Below are positions 24,270-37,480 of a stretch of 64,000 nt of DNA, one piece after another. Position 1 is the first letter of the stretch; the number at the start of each line of letters is the position of its first letter. Source of the stretch: Octopus sinensis (taxonomy: Eukaryota); assembly GCF_006345805.1 (NCBI RefSeq), contig NC_043000.1, positions 34,906,001 to 34,970,000 on the forward strand, written 5' to 3'. The notes under the pieces were generated by a model, which saw nothing but the letters and a program-made list of their open reading frames with translations, ran no database searches and was not told the DNA's origin. Made by a program: the position numbers and the translations under genes.

Positions 24270-26300
24270 CTTCTCTCCATGCTAGCATAGGTTGGAGCTA
24301 ATACTCCTAAAGCCCTAGGTGCTTCTGTCATTTGATATGATTTCTACAGATGGATGTCCTTCTAGCTGTTGACCACTTTACAGGAGTTCACTGGGTGTAT
24401 TTTTTTCAGGCACCAACATTAGGAAGTTTGAATAGCCCTACATTTTCTCTGCTCATTCAGCCAACAACTGAACAGTGTGAGAAGTAGAAGGAAAAGTGAT
24501 GACAGAAAGGCCAGAAGTGGGTACTGGAGAGTGAGAAAGTAATGACATTAGAATGTGTAATGGGTGGGTGGAAGGAGCAAGAACATGATGGCAAGATGGC
24601 AGGGACATGTAGAGAGTGGTGTTAGGAGGAGAGAGATTGCCAGTGGCAGAGGTAGGTAAAGGTAAGGTCAGGTTGTTAAAGAGAACAACAGTGTGATGGA
24701 AAAATACAGGACTATTTAGGTGAAGTTGTGGGAGTGGTTGTCAATACTAGAGGTGGGCATTAAGATAATGATGATAATATGAGAGAGAGAGAGAGAGAGA
24801 TGGCTGGTAACATAGCATGGTGATGGTCAGATCAATAGGGTGGTCTGATGCAACCTTCTGTATATATAGGTCAGCTGAAGGGTAAGTGGGAAAGATTGAT
24901 GATGAAGATATGATCAGCATAGATGGTGTGGAGATGAGAGATGGAGTGCTATTAAGTGCCAAGGAAGTGACCAAAAGAGAGAAGTGGCCGATATATGAAA
25001 GGAGGAGCAGGGTCAAAGATATAAGGTGAAGGGGCAGCCTGCTCTTCAGTTAGTGTGTTGCCATAGGTGAACTTTTACAGTTCGTGCTGTGTAATGCTAA
25101 TCAATACATTCCTTTGTCATGTGCTCCATGTGATGTTGCATCTTCATATCATCCTTTACCACCTTATCCCATGTCTTCCTCAGTCTTTCTCTTCCATTAA
25201 CTTAGAGCTCATGACACTTCCTTATGTAGCTATCATCATCCATTCTCATTGCATGCTCACACCAATGCACTCTCCTCTTTTCACAAGATTGAACTTTCCA
25301 TACCTATTTGTACTCTGGTGTTCATGTACACTAACATCAGAGTGTGTTTACCTTATTTGATTTACTAGTCTTCTGCTTTCAAGACCTGTCTCACTACCAT
25401 GCAGCATTGCAGTTCTAACAGAAGCATCATGCAATCTACTTTTGACTCTGGGGCAAGGAGATTTTTGTTGCCAACAGAGGTAGCAGTTTCTTGAACTTCC
25501 TGCAACCATTCTTACTCTGGGTACTATGCTTCCAGAACATCTTTCTTCAGTGTTAATTAGGTCACTTAAACAACAGAAGTTCTCTCCTACCTCAATGGAT
25601 CCTCCTGGCCATTTGAGAAAATTCATTTCCTGTGCACTCTGTGTTTCTTGCTCCTGCACATATTCTACATACAAAGTGTACTTTCTGTTAATCTCCCTTT
25701 GATCTTGCTGCACTTCATGTGTATGTTAAGTTTGTGCTGCATACACCATATGCTATTTCTACCTACTACTTTCCTGCATACCTAACAAGGCCATTTTGCT
25801 GCTTACTTAAAACTTCAGTTTTTACAAAGTCGACTGTTAGGACCTTCGATTCCAGGTTTTGCTTCCACGCCTGGAATTTCTTTTCTACTTCTAATGCAGG
25901 TTCATCTATAATGATGTGGTTATTAGTATATAGGAACTCTCATGGCATTTGGTCTTAAATGGCTTCATTATGTCATGGAAGGCTACTGCAAATAGGGGGA
26001 GGTGAGAATTGAATTTCGGTGGACTCTTACCTGTTGTTTAATCTCACCTTGCTGATAGCTCTTCCAAGTTTCTGTGGTTATCGCAAGAGCCTTTCATCTT
26101 TTCTTTGTTTCTTCAGCAAATACCAGATCACTAAGTTAGGATTGAAGGGTTTCTTTGGGTTGATGTATGATAACTGTAGTAGCTTACTTTTAACTAAATA
26201 TTTTCTACTGCAGTTGTCTCACTACAAAGACGGCTTCAGTTGTAGAACTTCTTGGCACCGAACCAAACTCTCACAACTAGATTAATTTTCTTTCTAATTT
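24270..26300 (-). mobile_element. Degenerate RTE LINE (RT core at ~25100-26300), CT-rich segment and tail
   Basis: ORF 25348..25713 reads IEVGENFCCLSDLI...RVKSRLHDASVRTAMLHGSET; upstream EKKFQAWKQNLESK; tail-like sequence at 24270-24430. Confidence 0.8.
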
Positions 26301-27019
26301 ATTCAGCTATAACTCTTTCTGTAACTTTCATAATATATATTTTATGTGTATATAGCCTACATACATATATAAAAATATAAACAAAGATAATGCATATGTC
26401 TAGAAAATATAAATTATGATAATGCCTACATCTATAAAATATATATTATGATAATATGTATATAAAATATAAATTACGACAATATTATATATGTCAATAA
26501 TAAACATATGTTTTCAACATTTTCTATATCAATCTAGAATTGAAATTGTTATAATACATTGTTTACAATATGTGAATTATCTAAATAATATATAATCTTT
26601 TTTTTTAAATATTTCTACAATATATTTGTCTTTCGGATTAAGTTTAAAAGAAGAATTCTGCTGGCAAAAAAAGATTTTCTTTGTACTATTATAGAATATG
26701 TAATTCTTTTGACGAGAGAACTTATTGACTACCAAATTATTGATTTCTTAAATTGCTTCAGGGTTACCAAATTTTAGAAAGGTATATATTTAATACCTTG
26801 AGGTACCATACATGACTGGTACTTATTGTAGAGCCTCACAAATGTAATAATAATAGAGTAACTATAAAAATTTTGATAAACAATGATTTTCTTTGTGATG
26901 AGTTGATTGAAAACTTCCTCAAGAAAGGAGATAAATCCAACCGTATAAGCTAATCTAAAAAGTAGGATTTTTGATATAACAGTCTGCCTTGTCTTTATGT
27001 TCCCCCAAAATGTGGATCA

Positions 27020-27513
27020 GTTGTTGTTGCCCTTGTTGGTCAGTGTTGATGAAATTGGGAGGCAAATGTTTAATGAAGGACATGACCAAATGCTTTCAGA
27101 CAGTTTCTCTCACTGCTGCTGTTGCTGTTGAGCGAAGCGGTCTTCGTCCCAGAGCTCACAAGATCACGCCTCTGTAGTGGGAGAAGTCCGAAATGTGGTC
27201 CTTTGCTATTCGTAAGACCCGCAGAAGAGAAAGCAGGTCAATCCCCCGACACCAAGAGCATCAACGGATGGATGCATGCGCATCCATGCTCAGCGGTTGC
27301 ATAGGAAGTCGGGGACAAGAAACAGGAAGAAAGAGTGAGAGAAAGTTGGAGCAAAAGAGTACAACAGGGGTCGCCACCACCCCATGCTGGAGCCTCATGG
27401 AGCTTTAGGTGTTTTTGCTCAATAAACACACACAACACCCGGTCTGGGAATCAAAACCGCGATCCTCCGACTGTGAATCCGCTGCCCTAACCATTGGGCC
27501 ATTGCGCCTCCAC
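27020..27513 (-). mobile_element. tRNA-derived SINE (family E), relatively young and CpG-rich
   Basis: 5' GTGGAGGCGCAATGGCCCAATGGTTAGGGCAGCGG...GGTTTTGATTCCC (A box, imperfect B box), unique body, (CAA/CAG)n tail. Confidence 0.75.
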
Positions 27514-30163
27514 TGTCACTGCTGCTTTTCCTGTTGAACAAATTGGAAACTCAAAGAAACCAGATGTATAGAAAATGTTGGATTTTTCTTTCGAAGGAAA
27601 GTGTACAAGCAGTGTCATTGTATTGATGTTCTGCAATAGACTAGCCGTAGCATTCTTTAACAGTTTGGATTCTATGATCATCTGATGTCTGAAGTAAATG
27701 ATACTACAACACATTTGCTGAATTTAATAAATTATCATTTTCCTGTTCATTCAAAATAAACATAGCTGGACTTGAAAAAGGTTTTTGAAGACCCTCTTGT
27801 AACAACAAGTTTATTTTATTGCATGAAGCTGTGACATGTGGATGATATTGTAAATAGGCTGAATAAAGATAGAGAAGTGCTCAAAGAGTTTAGCTTTAAA
27901 AATTTGTATTTAAAGCAAATAATGTTTTGTTGATTCCCAAGTTTGAGAATTGGTGAAAAAGGACAATTTTGAATGCAGTATTTCTAAAATAGAATTAAAG
28001 ATTTGCCAAATATTTAAATCTGTTCTTAAGAAAAAAATAAAAAGCCTTAGAATATTAAAATAACCAGTTGAGAAACATGGTTGGTAGCTTTCATCAATTT
28101 GGATGGTGGAGGAGTGTGAAAATGTACTTTCTCTTTTCTCACTTTCAGAACAATGTGGCAAGTTGTATGATTAATGAGATGAACATTTCTCTAAAACATC
28201 ATGGAAGAAAGATATTGAGGCTAGGGGATCATTAGTAAGACGGGTCACTTACGTTTGCTGTCTTAGACGAAGAAGCCTGCCTAAAACATGCATACTCATA
28301 TAAAACAACTTTTTTTTTCAGTACTTTGGTGTAAATATATTTTTATAGTTAGTTTCTACTTTTAAAGCATCTTATGTGATAAGAAGAAAAAATCTCTCCA
28401 ACAAATACAAGATGTAGGGAGCAGACATTCTTGGTTCCATGTATATATTTTTTATTTAAAATTCAATAGAGAAAGAAAAATATCTTTCCACATGCAGACC
28501 AATATAATTTATAAATGAAACTCCTGTAGTTATGTTCTTTAATTCTCTTACATCCTCCATTCTTAATCTTTCAAATTGTTGCAATAATAATTTTGTACTA
28601 CTTATAGGTATGGCATGCATGTTATATAATGCTGCAAATTTCAATGAATAAAATATGAATTTAGAAAAGCCTCAATGTCCAAGTTTGCTTTTCTATGCTT
28701 AAACGAATGAACAAATTTTCGTCTTTCCTCCAGTTCTGGTCTTGTATTTCATTTTTTCAAACCTTTGGTGGTGGTGGAGACTGGCAGAATGTATTTTTCT
28801 TGTGGTCTTCACAGGCCATAAAGTGATAGGAATGTTAAGTCAGAATTAGGCAACTGTATCTTTTTTGTGCTCTGTTATTGAGCATTGCTGTTGTCTTGTT
28901 AGGTAGAATCGGTAGAAATGTATGTCTTGGCTTTAAAACATCAAATCACTTGGCTCTATGATTATGAAATCCAAATATGTCAACGTGGTTGCTTTTAAAG
29001 GGGATACCTGAGGTGACTACCTGAGATAACGAGTGACTGAAATTAAGAAGCAAGAAACAGCATACATTGAAATAAGTTTGCTGTTTAGTCATTGACACTT
29101 TAAAATGTGTGATAGGGCTGGTGGGTTAGGGTTTTGTGCAGTTTTTGTTTATATTTAAGTGGCTGAGAATTGTCTGTTTGTTGTGAGTCTAATGTCAAGT
29201 CTGCGTTGCATTTATTATTGTTTGTGTCTAACATGTAATTGGGATGACTGTCTGTATTAGTTTTAGATATTCATGTGTCTATACTTCCAAATGAATATTA
29301 TATTAAGGTTTGTGTGTGTGTGTATTAGACATAAAAATGAATTAATATTTACCAGAAGTCATTGTTGCTGATGTTTATTCTGCCTTCGTTTTTATTGTAA
29401 AAGAATAATTTTAATTATTTCTATAAGATTAATCTGTGGTAAGATATCAATAATAATGTTATTATCTTTTTCTGTATGATATAAAGCATTTTTTTTTTTT
29501 TTTTACTATTTCAATTGAAACAAATTTTTGCATTTAAGTTATCAGTTTATCATAAAAAATGATGGTGACAAACTGATGTGTTATGAAAAATGAATAATTT
29601 TCAATCAGAATAATAATAAGACAAAAAGAATGGTTAGTGAAAGTAGGCATATAAGGGTTTCTCCATTTTTCGTCTTTTTGGTTTTCTGAAAATTCTTCTG
29701 TTTACTTCACCTTAACCTTCCACAAACAGTAATGTCATCAGAAGGCCACTTACATCATATACAGGAACTATGAAAATATTCCTCAGTGAGAGGCACAACA
29801 ATCTTTTTCTTTTATCAGGCTGTTTTAATGTGGAGCCTACCTTCTATAGGGGGTGGGGTTCCTTGCTCACTTCAGGGGTTAGTCAAATAATGATGATAAT
29901 AATATCGGTACTCTGCATACTCCACTGAATGTCTTATTCATTTGATTATCATCTCTGTCTCTTTGTGAGTCTCTCTCTCTCTTTCTCTCATCATCTTTTA
30001 ATGTCCACCTTTCATACTAGCTAGCACAGGTGGGATGGTTCTTGTGATACCCTCCCACCCAAGTTAGCATGGAAGGCGGATGTTAAATGATGATGATGAT
30101 GAGATATATATACACAACATGTATAATATATGTATGAATAGATAAATAGATAATTTACATATA

Positions 30164-31020
30164 CAGGGTGCAGTAAATATATTGTCATCTAAATTATGCA
30201 AAAATGAAAATTGCACTGACATCTCATTTTAACAGATATATTTACCAAATTACATTAAAATATCTTGAAATATTAAAGAATAATAAAATTGCCATTGACT
30301 TCTCCCACTGCCTCCAGATGAATTTGGAATTTCCTGCAACTCTGCTGGATGATCTCTTTGTTTAAGTTTGCGAATGCAGCCATAATCCTTGCCTTCAGTT
30401 CATCTTTGGTGTTACAAGGAGTTTTGTTCATCTCTTGTTCACCTGCACCCCACACATTATAATCAAGGGGTTGCAGTCTGGAGAGTTAAGTGGCCAGATG
30501 TTAGGGGTGATGTGGTTGCAGAAATTGTCTGACAGCCATGACTGCTTGTGTGGCTTGGTGCAGAGTCCTGTTGCTAGACAAAGGGTCTTCTAGTAGCCAC
30601 CCACTTGACCCAAGGCAGCACTACCTCCTTCAGGTGCTTGATGTAGGCCTCTGTTAAGTCTAAAGCTGTGTGGGAAGATGAATGGAGGCATAACATCGCC
30701 ATCACTAGTGATCACTCCAAACACCATGATGTTGACTGGATGTTTGATTTTTATCACTTTCCGTACATGCACTGTCCTCAGATTGATAGTCAAACACTCT
30801 GAGATGTTCATATTGGAGCTTCTGGCATGAATGCCAAACAGTACTGCATGTTGTTTTAAAACTTTTGGCTGAGTGAATTGCATCATGGGGCTGATTTTAT
30901 CACAGATGGTACCCAAGTGACCCTACTATACTGTGTAGTCAACAAAATCAAAAACAAACAATGTGCATGTGTGAAATAAAAAAAAACATAAAATGGCAAC
31001 AATTTACCCATCACACCCTG
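30164..31020 (-). mobile_element. Tc1/mariner (maT/DD37D-like) transposon, internally deleted
   Basis: TA|CAGGGTG...CACCCTG|TA termini. Transposase remnants HPVNIMVFGVITSDGDVMPPFIF and WPLNSPDCNPLDY.VWG...KDELKARI...CRKF..HLEAV..VNG. Subfamily assignment is from remembered motifs. Confidence 0.85.
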
Positions 31021-31045
31021 TATATATAATATAGATCGTTAGCCA

Positions 31046-31207
31046 CTACACACATTTTTTTCTCTCCTTGTTTTTTCTGTGTCCCTTTCTGTAGAAGAGT
31101 GTAGGCTCAAAACGTAAAAGACTTTTTCTATTCCTGAGCGTTATACTAATACATTTGTTTATTGTCTACATCACTTGTCTTCGTCTTTTGTTTTTTTCGT
31201 AAACTCT

Positions 31208-31212
<5 letters not shown>
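31046..31212 (+). mobile_element. Penelope-like terminal repeat, followed by (TA)n(GA)n
   Basis: gaagagtgtaggctcaaaacgtaaaagac motif; homologous to 2660-2790. Confidence 0.5.
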
Positions 31213-31283
<71 letters not shown>

Positions 31284-31286
31284 GAT

Positions 31287-31319
<33 letters not shown>

Positions 31320-31954
31320 AGAGAGACATACATGTGTGTGTGTATAAAAAAACAGATAAATAAATAATTTACATATACTTAATATAGATACGTGTATGTG
31401 TCTATATACATTGCATGAAGGGTTCCTTGCTAGTTTAGATTTCTATTTATGTTGTGCATGTCTTCTTCCCCTCCACTTCCCCTATCCATTGTTCTAGATT
31501 TATTGTTGATTATAGTTACAAGATGTTGAACAATGGAAATCTTCATTTGATTCTCATTGAAATCATTCACTTCACTGGACCCTAGTTTAGATGCCATAAA
31601 TAAATGGGGAGGCAATCGTTTTCTGGACCTTTGCTAATCTAACTGCTTATTGTAAGCATTTTAAAAATTCTCTTGCATACACTATTCTGACTCTTAAGTT
31701 GAAGTGTATACGGAATAGCTGTTGTTCATATTTGTACTTTTGAAATTATGGTTTGTAAATTTCTTTGCATTCTTGAGTAGCTGGTGGAATATTTTTGCAT
31801 TATATTAATCTTAAACAAAGGAAAAGCAATAGGAAGGATGAAAGGGAGAGAGAGGAGGGAATGATGGTGAGGTTTTAACTACTTTGAATATTGGCATCTG
31901 TGACAGTCTTTTCAGTTGTGGTTAATATATATATACACACACACACACACACAC

Positions 31955-32441
31955 TCAAAATGCATCTACCATTATTTGAACATCTTGCATCTTGGGGCAT
32001 GGACACATTAAAGCTCTGATGTCTGGCAACTGACTTGGTAAACACCCACAAGATCATCCACCATCTTTCCAGCAACAACCTTGGCCATTTTTTTGAATTT
32101 CATGTCAAACACTTGTAGAAATGCTTACAAAATCAAAAAGCAACACAGCACCTATGGCTTTCAGAAACATTTTTTTCATGCTCAGAATTGCTGAAGCATG
32201 GAATAAACTGCCTGCATTAGTTGTGAACTGTCAGGACACTACAGCTTTGAAAGCTTCCATGTTTCCTGAAATTGCCAATGGTATACCTGATGCCTCCCAC
32301 CTTTTTTGTTTTGTTTTAAATGACTCATTTGCTGTTCACTTGCCGTGCATTATTCTACATACTCTTCATTTACTTTTGGCTACTTTTTCTGATGAGCTTT
32401 TGTACACCTGAGCATTGTATACAATAAGTTCATCATCATCA

Positions 32442-32450
<9 letters not shown>
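31955..32450 (+). mobile_element. CR1/L2-type LINE 3' end
   Basis: ATDLVNTHKIIHH...KHFF.LRIAEAWNKLPALVVNC..FK C-terminal motif and a (CAT/TAT)n tail; overlaps ORF 32121..32411. Confidence 0.75.
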
Positions 32451-32478
<28 letters not shown>

Positions 32479-34199
32479 TTCAAGTGGGGTTACCATGTAC
32501 TGTGTCAGGTTATTGTGTCTGTTCACTCAAAGCTACACAGTTGAGTAGCTGAGTAGACAGGACCAGCTATCATAGAAGAGCCATAATGGATGAGAGATTG
32601 AAATAAAAATGTGTTAGAAAACAGAGCATTTGGGATGAGAGAGTTTTAAAGTGAGTGAGAGACTGATGGAGAGTAAGAAATAAGTGACAATTACTGGAAA
32701 AGTGCAGACCTTACCTTGGCAGTAGTTGGAGGTGCAGATTTTGTTTGGCAGAGAAAAGGATTATACCAAAGTATTTCTTCCATTCAGAGGTGTACCTGCC
32801 TCATGAGCAGAAATATATCTTAACCAGATTGTCAGCTCCTAACGGTAAGGATTAGCTCCCCCACTTCCTTAGTTGACCTCTCACTGTAAATAAGGGATTT
32901 ATTTCCCTTACAAAACCAATACTTATAAACATCTCAGCATATATGTGACTACACATACCCTTCAAAACTCCAACTTATTTCCTTAATTTCTATTATTCTT
33001 CCTCTTCATACTCTCTACCTCTTCATCCCACAACCCAATATATAAAAAAACTGGGGTGGACAGTGGTCACTTGAATGCTGACATGCAGGACAATGGCTCA
33101 ATAGAAACCAATCTAAGGGGCATAACTTCAATAGGCTTAGGAGCCTGCCTTGTTTTGTTGATGTTTTATTTTTGCAACATCTTTGTGATTCACAAATTGG
33201 TTTCAGACCTTTTCTTTACTTTTCCATTCAGCTGTGTCTGATGACTGTTAGAATAACTTTTTCATGCTTGAACAGTTCTTCAGTCTGAAACCATCTGGAA
33301 AAACCTATTGGCTTTGACAGCTACAAGATTAAATTTGTAATATTGTATAAATAATGTGTGTGTGTGTTCCCACTACCACTTCATTTCAGTACACGATCTC
33401 AGATCAAATCACTTGCTATGCAAGTACATCTCCGTAATACTTATGTGTAGCTATAACAAAAACCTTTTCTTAACACTTACTGCATCTTAAAATTGTTTTT
33501 CAAAGACAGTTATTTCCTTCTAACACATATCCATTTAAGATGAAGCCACCCTTGTACAAACTGTGAGCAATTCTTTCTACCCAACTGTAATGTACGGCCC
33601 AGCTTGGGATGGAGCTTAGGGTATACTGCCAACTTTTGATATAATACACACGCACTGGGGTCGATGTAATCGACTTAATCTGTTTGTTTGTCCTTGTTTG
33701 TCCCCTCTGTGTTTAGCCCCTTGTGGGTAGTAAAGAAATAGATATAATACACATGTGTTTATGTATTTATGTGTGTGTAAGCATGTTATTGAAATATTTG
33801 CTTTTGTTATATTTTACAGATTTGGATTCTTGTTCAACTGTCTCCGTTGTTTGTATATAATTAGCCACTGGTCCCATCCTGATGCCAAACTGACTTCACA
33901 CCATGTTCAAGGTAGAAACATTTAATTTTTTAAAATTATTCTCTGATTATGCAATATTACTTTTTATTGTCTTTTTTGTAGGAATGTGAAAAATGTGTGA
34001 TTTATCTTCATGATAGAGAAATGAAATATCAAATTCTTCCATAATAATGTTGTTCTAAATGTAAACAGACTTTCTTATTAAAGCATCTTTAATGGTGATC
34101 TCATTGAAATTTGGAAAATTGCTTTTTGCGAGGTAATTGGTTGCATGACTTTCAGCACCAAGCAGGATGCTTGGTTTGAGTTCCACAGTTCACTTATTT

Positions 34200-35700
34200 C
34201 TAAGGGTCTTAAGTTCATGTACAGGAAGGTGCCATACCCCAATGACTAGTATAGCAGTATCATTGTAAACTACTACAAAGGCAAACGAGATGCCTGTGAG
34301 AGAAGTAGGTAGAGAGAAATCAGATTGCTAGGTCAGGTTATGAAACAAGAGAGTCATAGCCTAATGGATCCATGACAGAGATGAAGTTTGACTCTGTACC
34401 TGGAAGAGGCATCGTGGATGCAATCTTCCTGCTGAGGCAACTGCAGGAGAATTACTTTGCTAAGAATAAACTGCTATTCTTAGCTTTCGTTGATTGAGAG
34501 AAAGTGTTTGAACAGGATACAACATTCAGTAATTTGGTAATTATTGAGAAAGCTAGATGTAGAGGAATAGCTTCTGGGGCTCTACATGCTTTGTATAGAG
34601 ATGCAGTACGTAACATGAGTGTTGACAACAATTTAGCATGAAGGTAAGAATTTATCAAAATCCAATCCCCGGTCCTCTTTTAATCATTGTAATCACAGGC
34701 TATTGCATAAGAGTGTATGATTGGCTGTCCATGGGAACTCTTGTCCGCTGGTGATCTAGTTCTCATAGCTGAATTTCTAGTAAAATTAGAGAGGAAATTC
34801 CAGGCCTGAAAACTAAACGAAGAATTGAGAGCTCTTGAAGTAAACCTAATAAAAATGAAGGCTTTACTAAGTAGGAAAGAAGACAGGAGCTTGGTATCTT
34901 CAGGGAAATAGCTTTTTTGTTTTTATATGCAGAAAAGGAGTTGGTATAAATTCCAAACAGTTTAGCTAATATAGGGCTCCAGTAGTTTCATCACAAGCAG
35001 CCTGTCAGAGTACGTAAAGCTTTGAATGTGATAGATGCACTGGGGTAGTCGTACATATGAGGAGTAAGCTGGAAATAGGTTCTCTTAAATGCCCAGATGG
35101 CTTACTGCAAGTAGTTGATAGCTTTTGTTGTTTAGGGGATGAAATTAGCAAGGGAGGTTGTTGTTTTGAAAGTATTGTAGCTAGAATAAGAATGGGTTGG
35201 TGAATGTTCAGGGAGTTCCTACAGTTGCAGGTAACAAAAGTCTTTTCCTTTAGAGTGAAGGGCAGATTATATGATGCTACACTTGTGTTAGAACTGTAGT
35301 GTTGCATGGTGGCAAGACACGGGCCTTGAACTTGAGGACAAGAGAAGGCTGGAAAGAAATGCAGTTAGCATACTCTGTTGGATGTGAACTGTAATTATGA
35401 ATGAAATATAAATGTACTGAAAGGAAATTGGCATAAAAGGAATCAGATGTAGTGTGCAAGAAGGAAGACTGTGATGGATAGACTTGTGATGTATATGGAT
35501 GGTGAAAGCTGTATAAAGGAGTGTGATCACTAAATGTGGATGGAACTTGTGGGAGAGGGTGACCCAGGAAGACATGGAATGAAATGGTGAAGGCTGATTT
35601 CAAGACCTTGAACCGCACAGAGGACATAAATGACAGTGGTGACTGGCGAGATGCAGTTCTTGAAAAAAACCAACTTGCCTTAACAAAACTACATCCTTGT
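34200..35700 (+). mobile_element. Degenerate RTE LINE RT domain
   Basis: SSIIVNYYKGK...DAIFLLRQLQE...AFVD*EK...CPWELLSAGDLVLIAE (decayed YADD)...LQVVDSFCCLGD...RVKGRLYDA. Confidence 0.85.
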
Positions 35701-35734
35701 AGAGCTCTGTGTATGTATATATATATATGGGCAC

Positions 35735-36230
35735 AACTGGGTCCTTCCCTCAAGACCACCACCACCTGTCACCTCCCTATTTATAGTTCTTTCTTGGTAC
35801 TACTTGCTTTTTCTTCTACTTAGAACCATTTCACTTGTTATCCATCCTTTGTGCATTAATACTGTACTCTCCACCCACATTTTACATTGCTCACCCATCC
35901 TTGCCATCAAATTATCTTTTCTCCTTCCACCCCATACATCTTACCCTCCTCATACACCATGTCTGCCTCCCTCTGATCCAGCATAATGTTGTCTCTCTTT
36001 TGTCTTTCTTTTTTCTACACTGTCATCATAACTGCTCTGCTGCTCACTAGGGTCAGACCCCCCCCCACATCTTGAAGATCTACCTTGATTCCTCATCACC
36101 ATTATTTTTTTATCACTTTCTTCTCCCATTCATTCCCACTTTTTCTTTTAAAATCTGAATAACCATGCGACTTGTCTGAAGCAAGAAACCAGTTTTGCTC
36201 TGACCCTTTTTTTCTCATACCCTACCCCTC
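35735..36230 (+). repeat. Pyrimidine-rich interspersed repeat family
   Basis: Begins tatatatgggcacaactggg like 40620 (tatatatgcacaattggg); shares atatcttgaa...cctcatcacc with 41040-41075. A similar stretch lies on the minus strand near 24450-25050. Confidence 0.45.
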
Positions 36231-36547
36231 TTTACTCTGTTTTCTTTTCTTTTTTTTTTTGAGGTTTGTAGATGGGCAGGCTGCATGGTTACTTCACTAG
36301 TGGTTGGCACTAAAAAGCATCCAGTATATGTTGTAAAGTGGTTGGCATTAGGAAGGGTTAGAATCATGCCAAAGCACACACAGGAGCATAATGCAGTCTT
36401 GGGCCCATAAGATCCTATCAAACATTCCAGCCCATGCCAGCATCATGGAACATTTACTTAAAATTATATATGTATATATATATATATATATATATGGACA
36501 CACATGCACAGTCACATATATATAGAAAATATCAATGTGCGTGTATG

Positions 36548-36583
<36 letters not shown>

Positions 36584-37299
36584 AGTGAGTGAGTATGTGT
36601 GCATAATATGTATATTTAAACACACATACACAGTATATTACCAGTTTTATCATAGTATAATCTGTATGATAATTTGGTCATTCTCCATATAACCTGAATC
36701 CCCAATAACATGTATCTCTATAGATTATTGTTGAAACAAATGATGCTGTACTCTTACCAAAATACCGGAAGATACTGATCAAAGATGAAGCAAGATCTAT
36801 AGAAATCAAAGCAGATTGAACTTTTATGGCTCGGCTAAAACTATGGCCTTCTAGGAACCATAAGTTCATTGTTTACTTTTGGTTTTTTTTTAGTAAATTC
36901 TTATGCACACCTTCATCGAATTTACCATTCTTTCAAGTAAATAATAGTTGGTAGAATCACATGCAGCATGCTAAATATTTTATTTTTTTTGTGGTTGGTT
37001 AGATTTATTTTCTGTACAAACATCTGTTGAATATATTTTGAAACTTTACAGACTTTATACTGATAGTGCCATAATTGTTTTTGTTTTAGATGTATAAGTT
37101 CTTTCTCCTGCTAACCACTCATCTGTGGAACTAGAGTGGAGCATCTTTGTCAATGAGACATTCTGAAAGAAGGACATGAAATGTAGTTTTCAGGTAAATA
37201 CAATGTTACGTCCATCACAAAATTTTAGTTTCCAGCCACACTGGACTACTGGACACTGCATTGAAGATATAATACCTTATTTTCTCATACATATATCAT

Positions 37300-37480
37300 C
37301 CTCATAATTTCTCTTGCTGGCATGGCTTGGATAGTTTGACAAGAGCTGGCAAGCCAAAGGACTGCACCAAGCTCTGCTGTCAGCGTTGACAAGGTTTCTC
37401 TGCTTGGATGCCCTTCTGAAAACTCACTTTAAAGAGTGCACTGGGTGTTTTTAGATGGCACCAGCACTAGTGAGGTCACC
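37300..37480 (-). mobile_element. RTE-tail repeat fragment
   Basis: gctggcatggcttggatagtttgac...ggatgcccttct is the reverse complement of the recurrent tail. Others at 36280-36460 (+), 44410-44655 (+) and 50910-51030 (-). Confidence 0.7.

Noticed and set aside
26695-26780. Frame open only if TGA is read as Trp or Sec (NUMT or selenoprotein idea)
   Set aside because: The peptide resembles no mitochondrial protein I recognise, and no SECIS was identified; likely AT-rich noise.
27440-27510. tRNA gene on the minus strand
   Set aside because: The B box is imperfect, no acceptor stem closes, and it runs into a long SINE body with a simple-repeat tail.
32716-32883. Minus-strand exon with good splice sites
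   Set aside because: Stops in all frames; resembles decayed retroelement sequence.
36724-36819. Plus-strand terminal exon IIVETNDAVLLPKYRKILIKDEARSIEIKAD*
   Set aside because: Overlaps an equally plausible minus-strand candidate and has no in-phase partner or homolog; cannot be supported.
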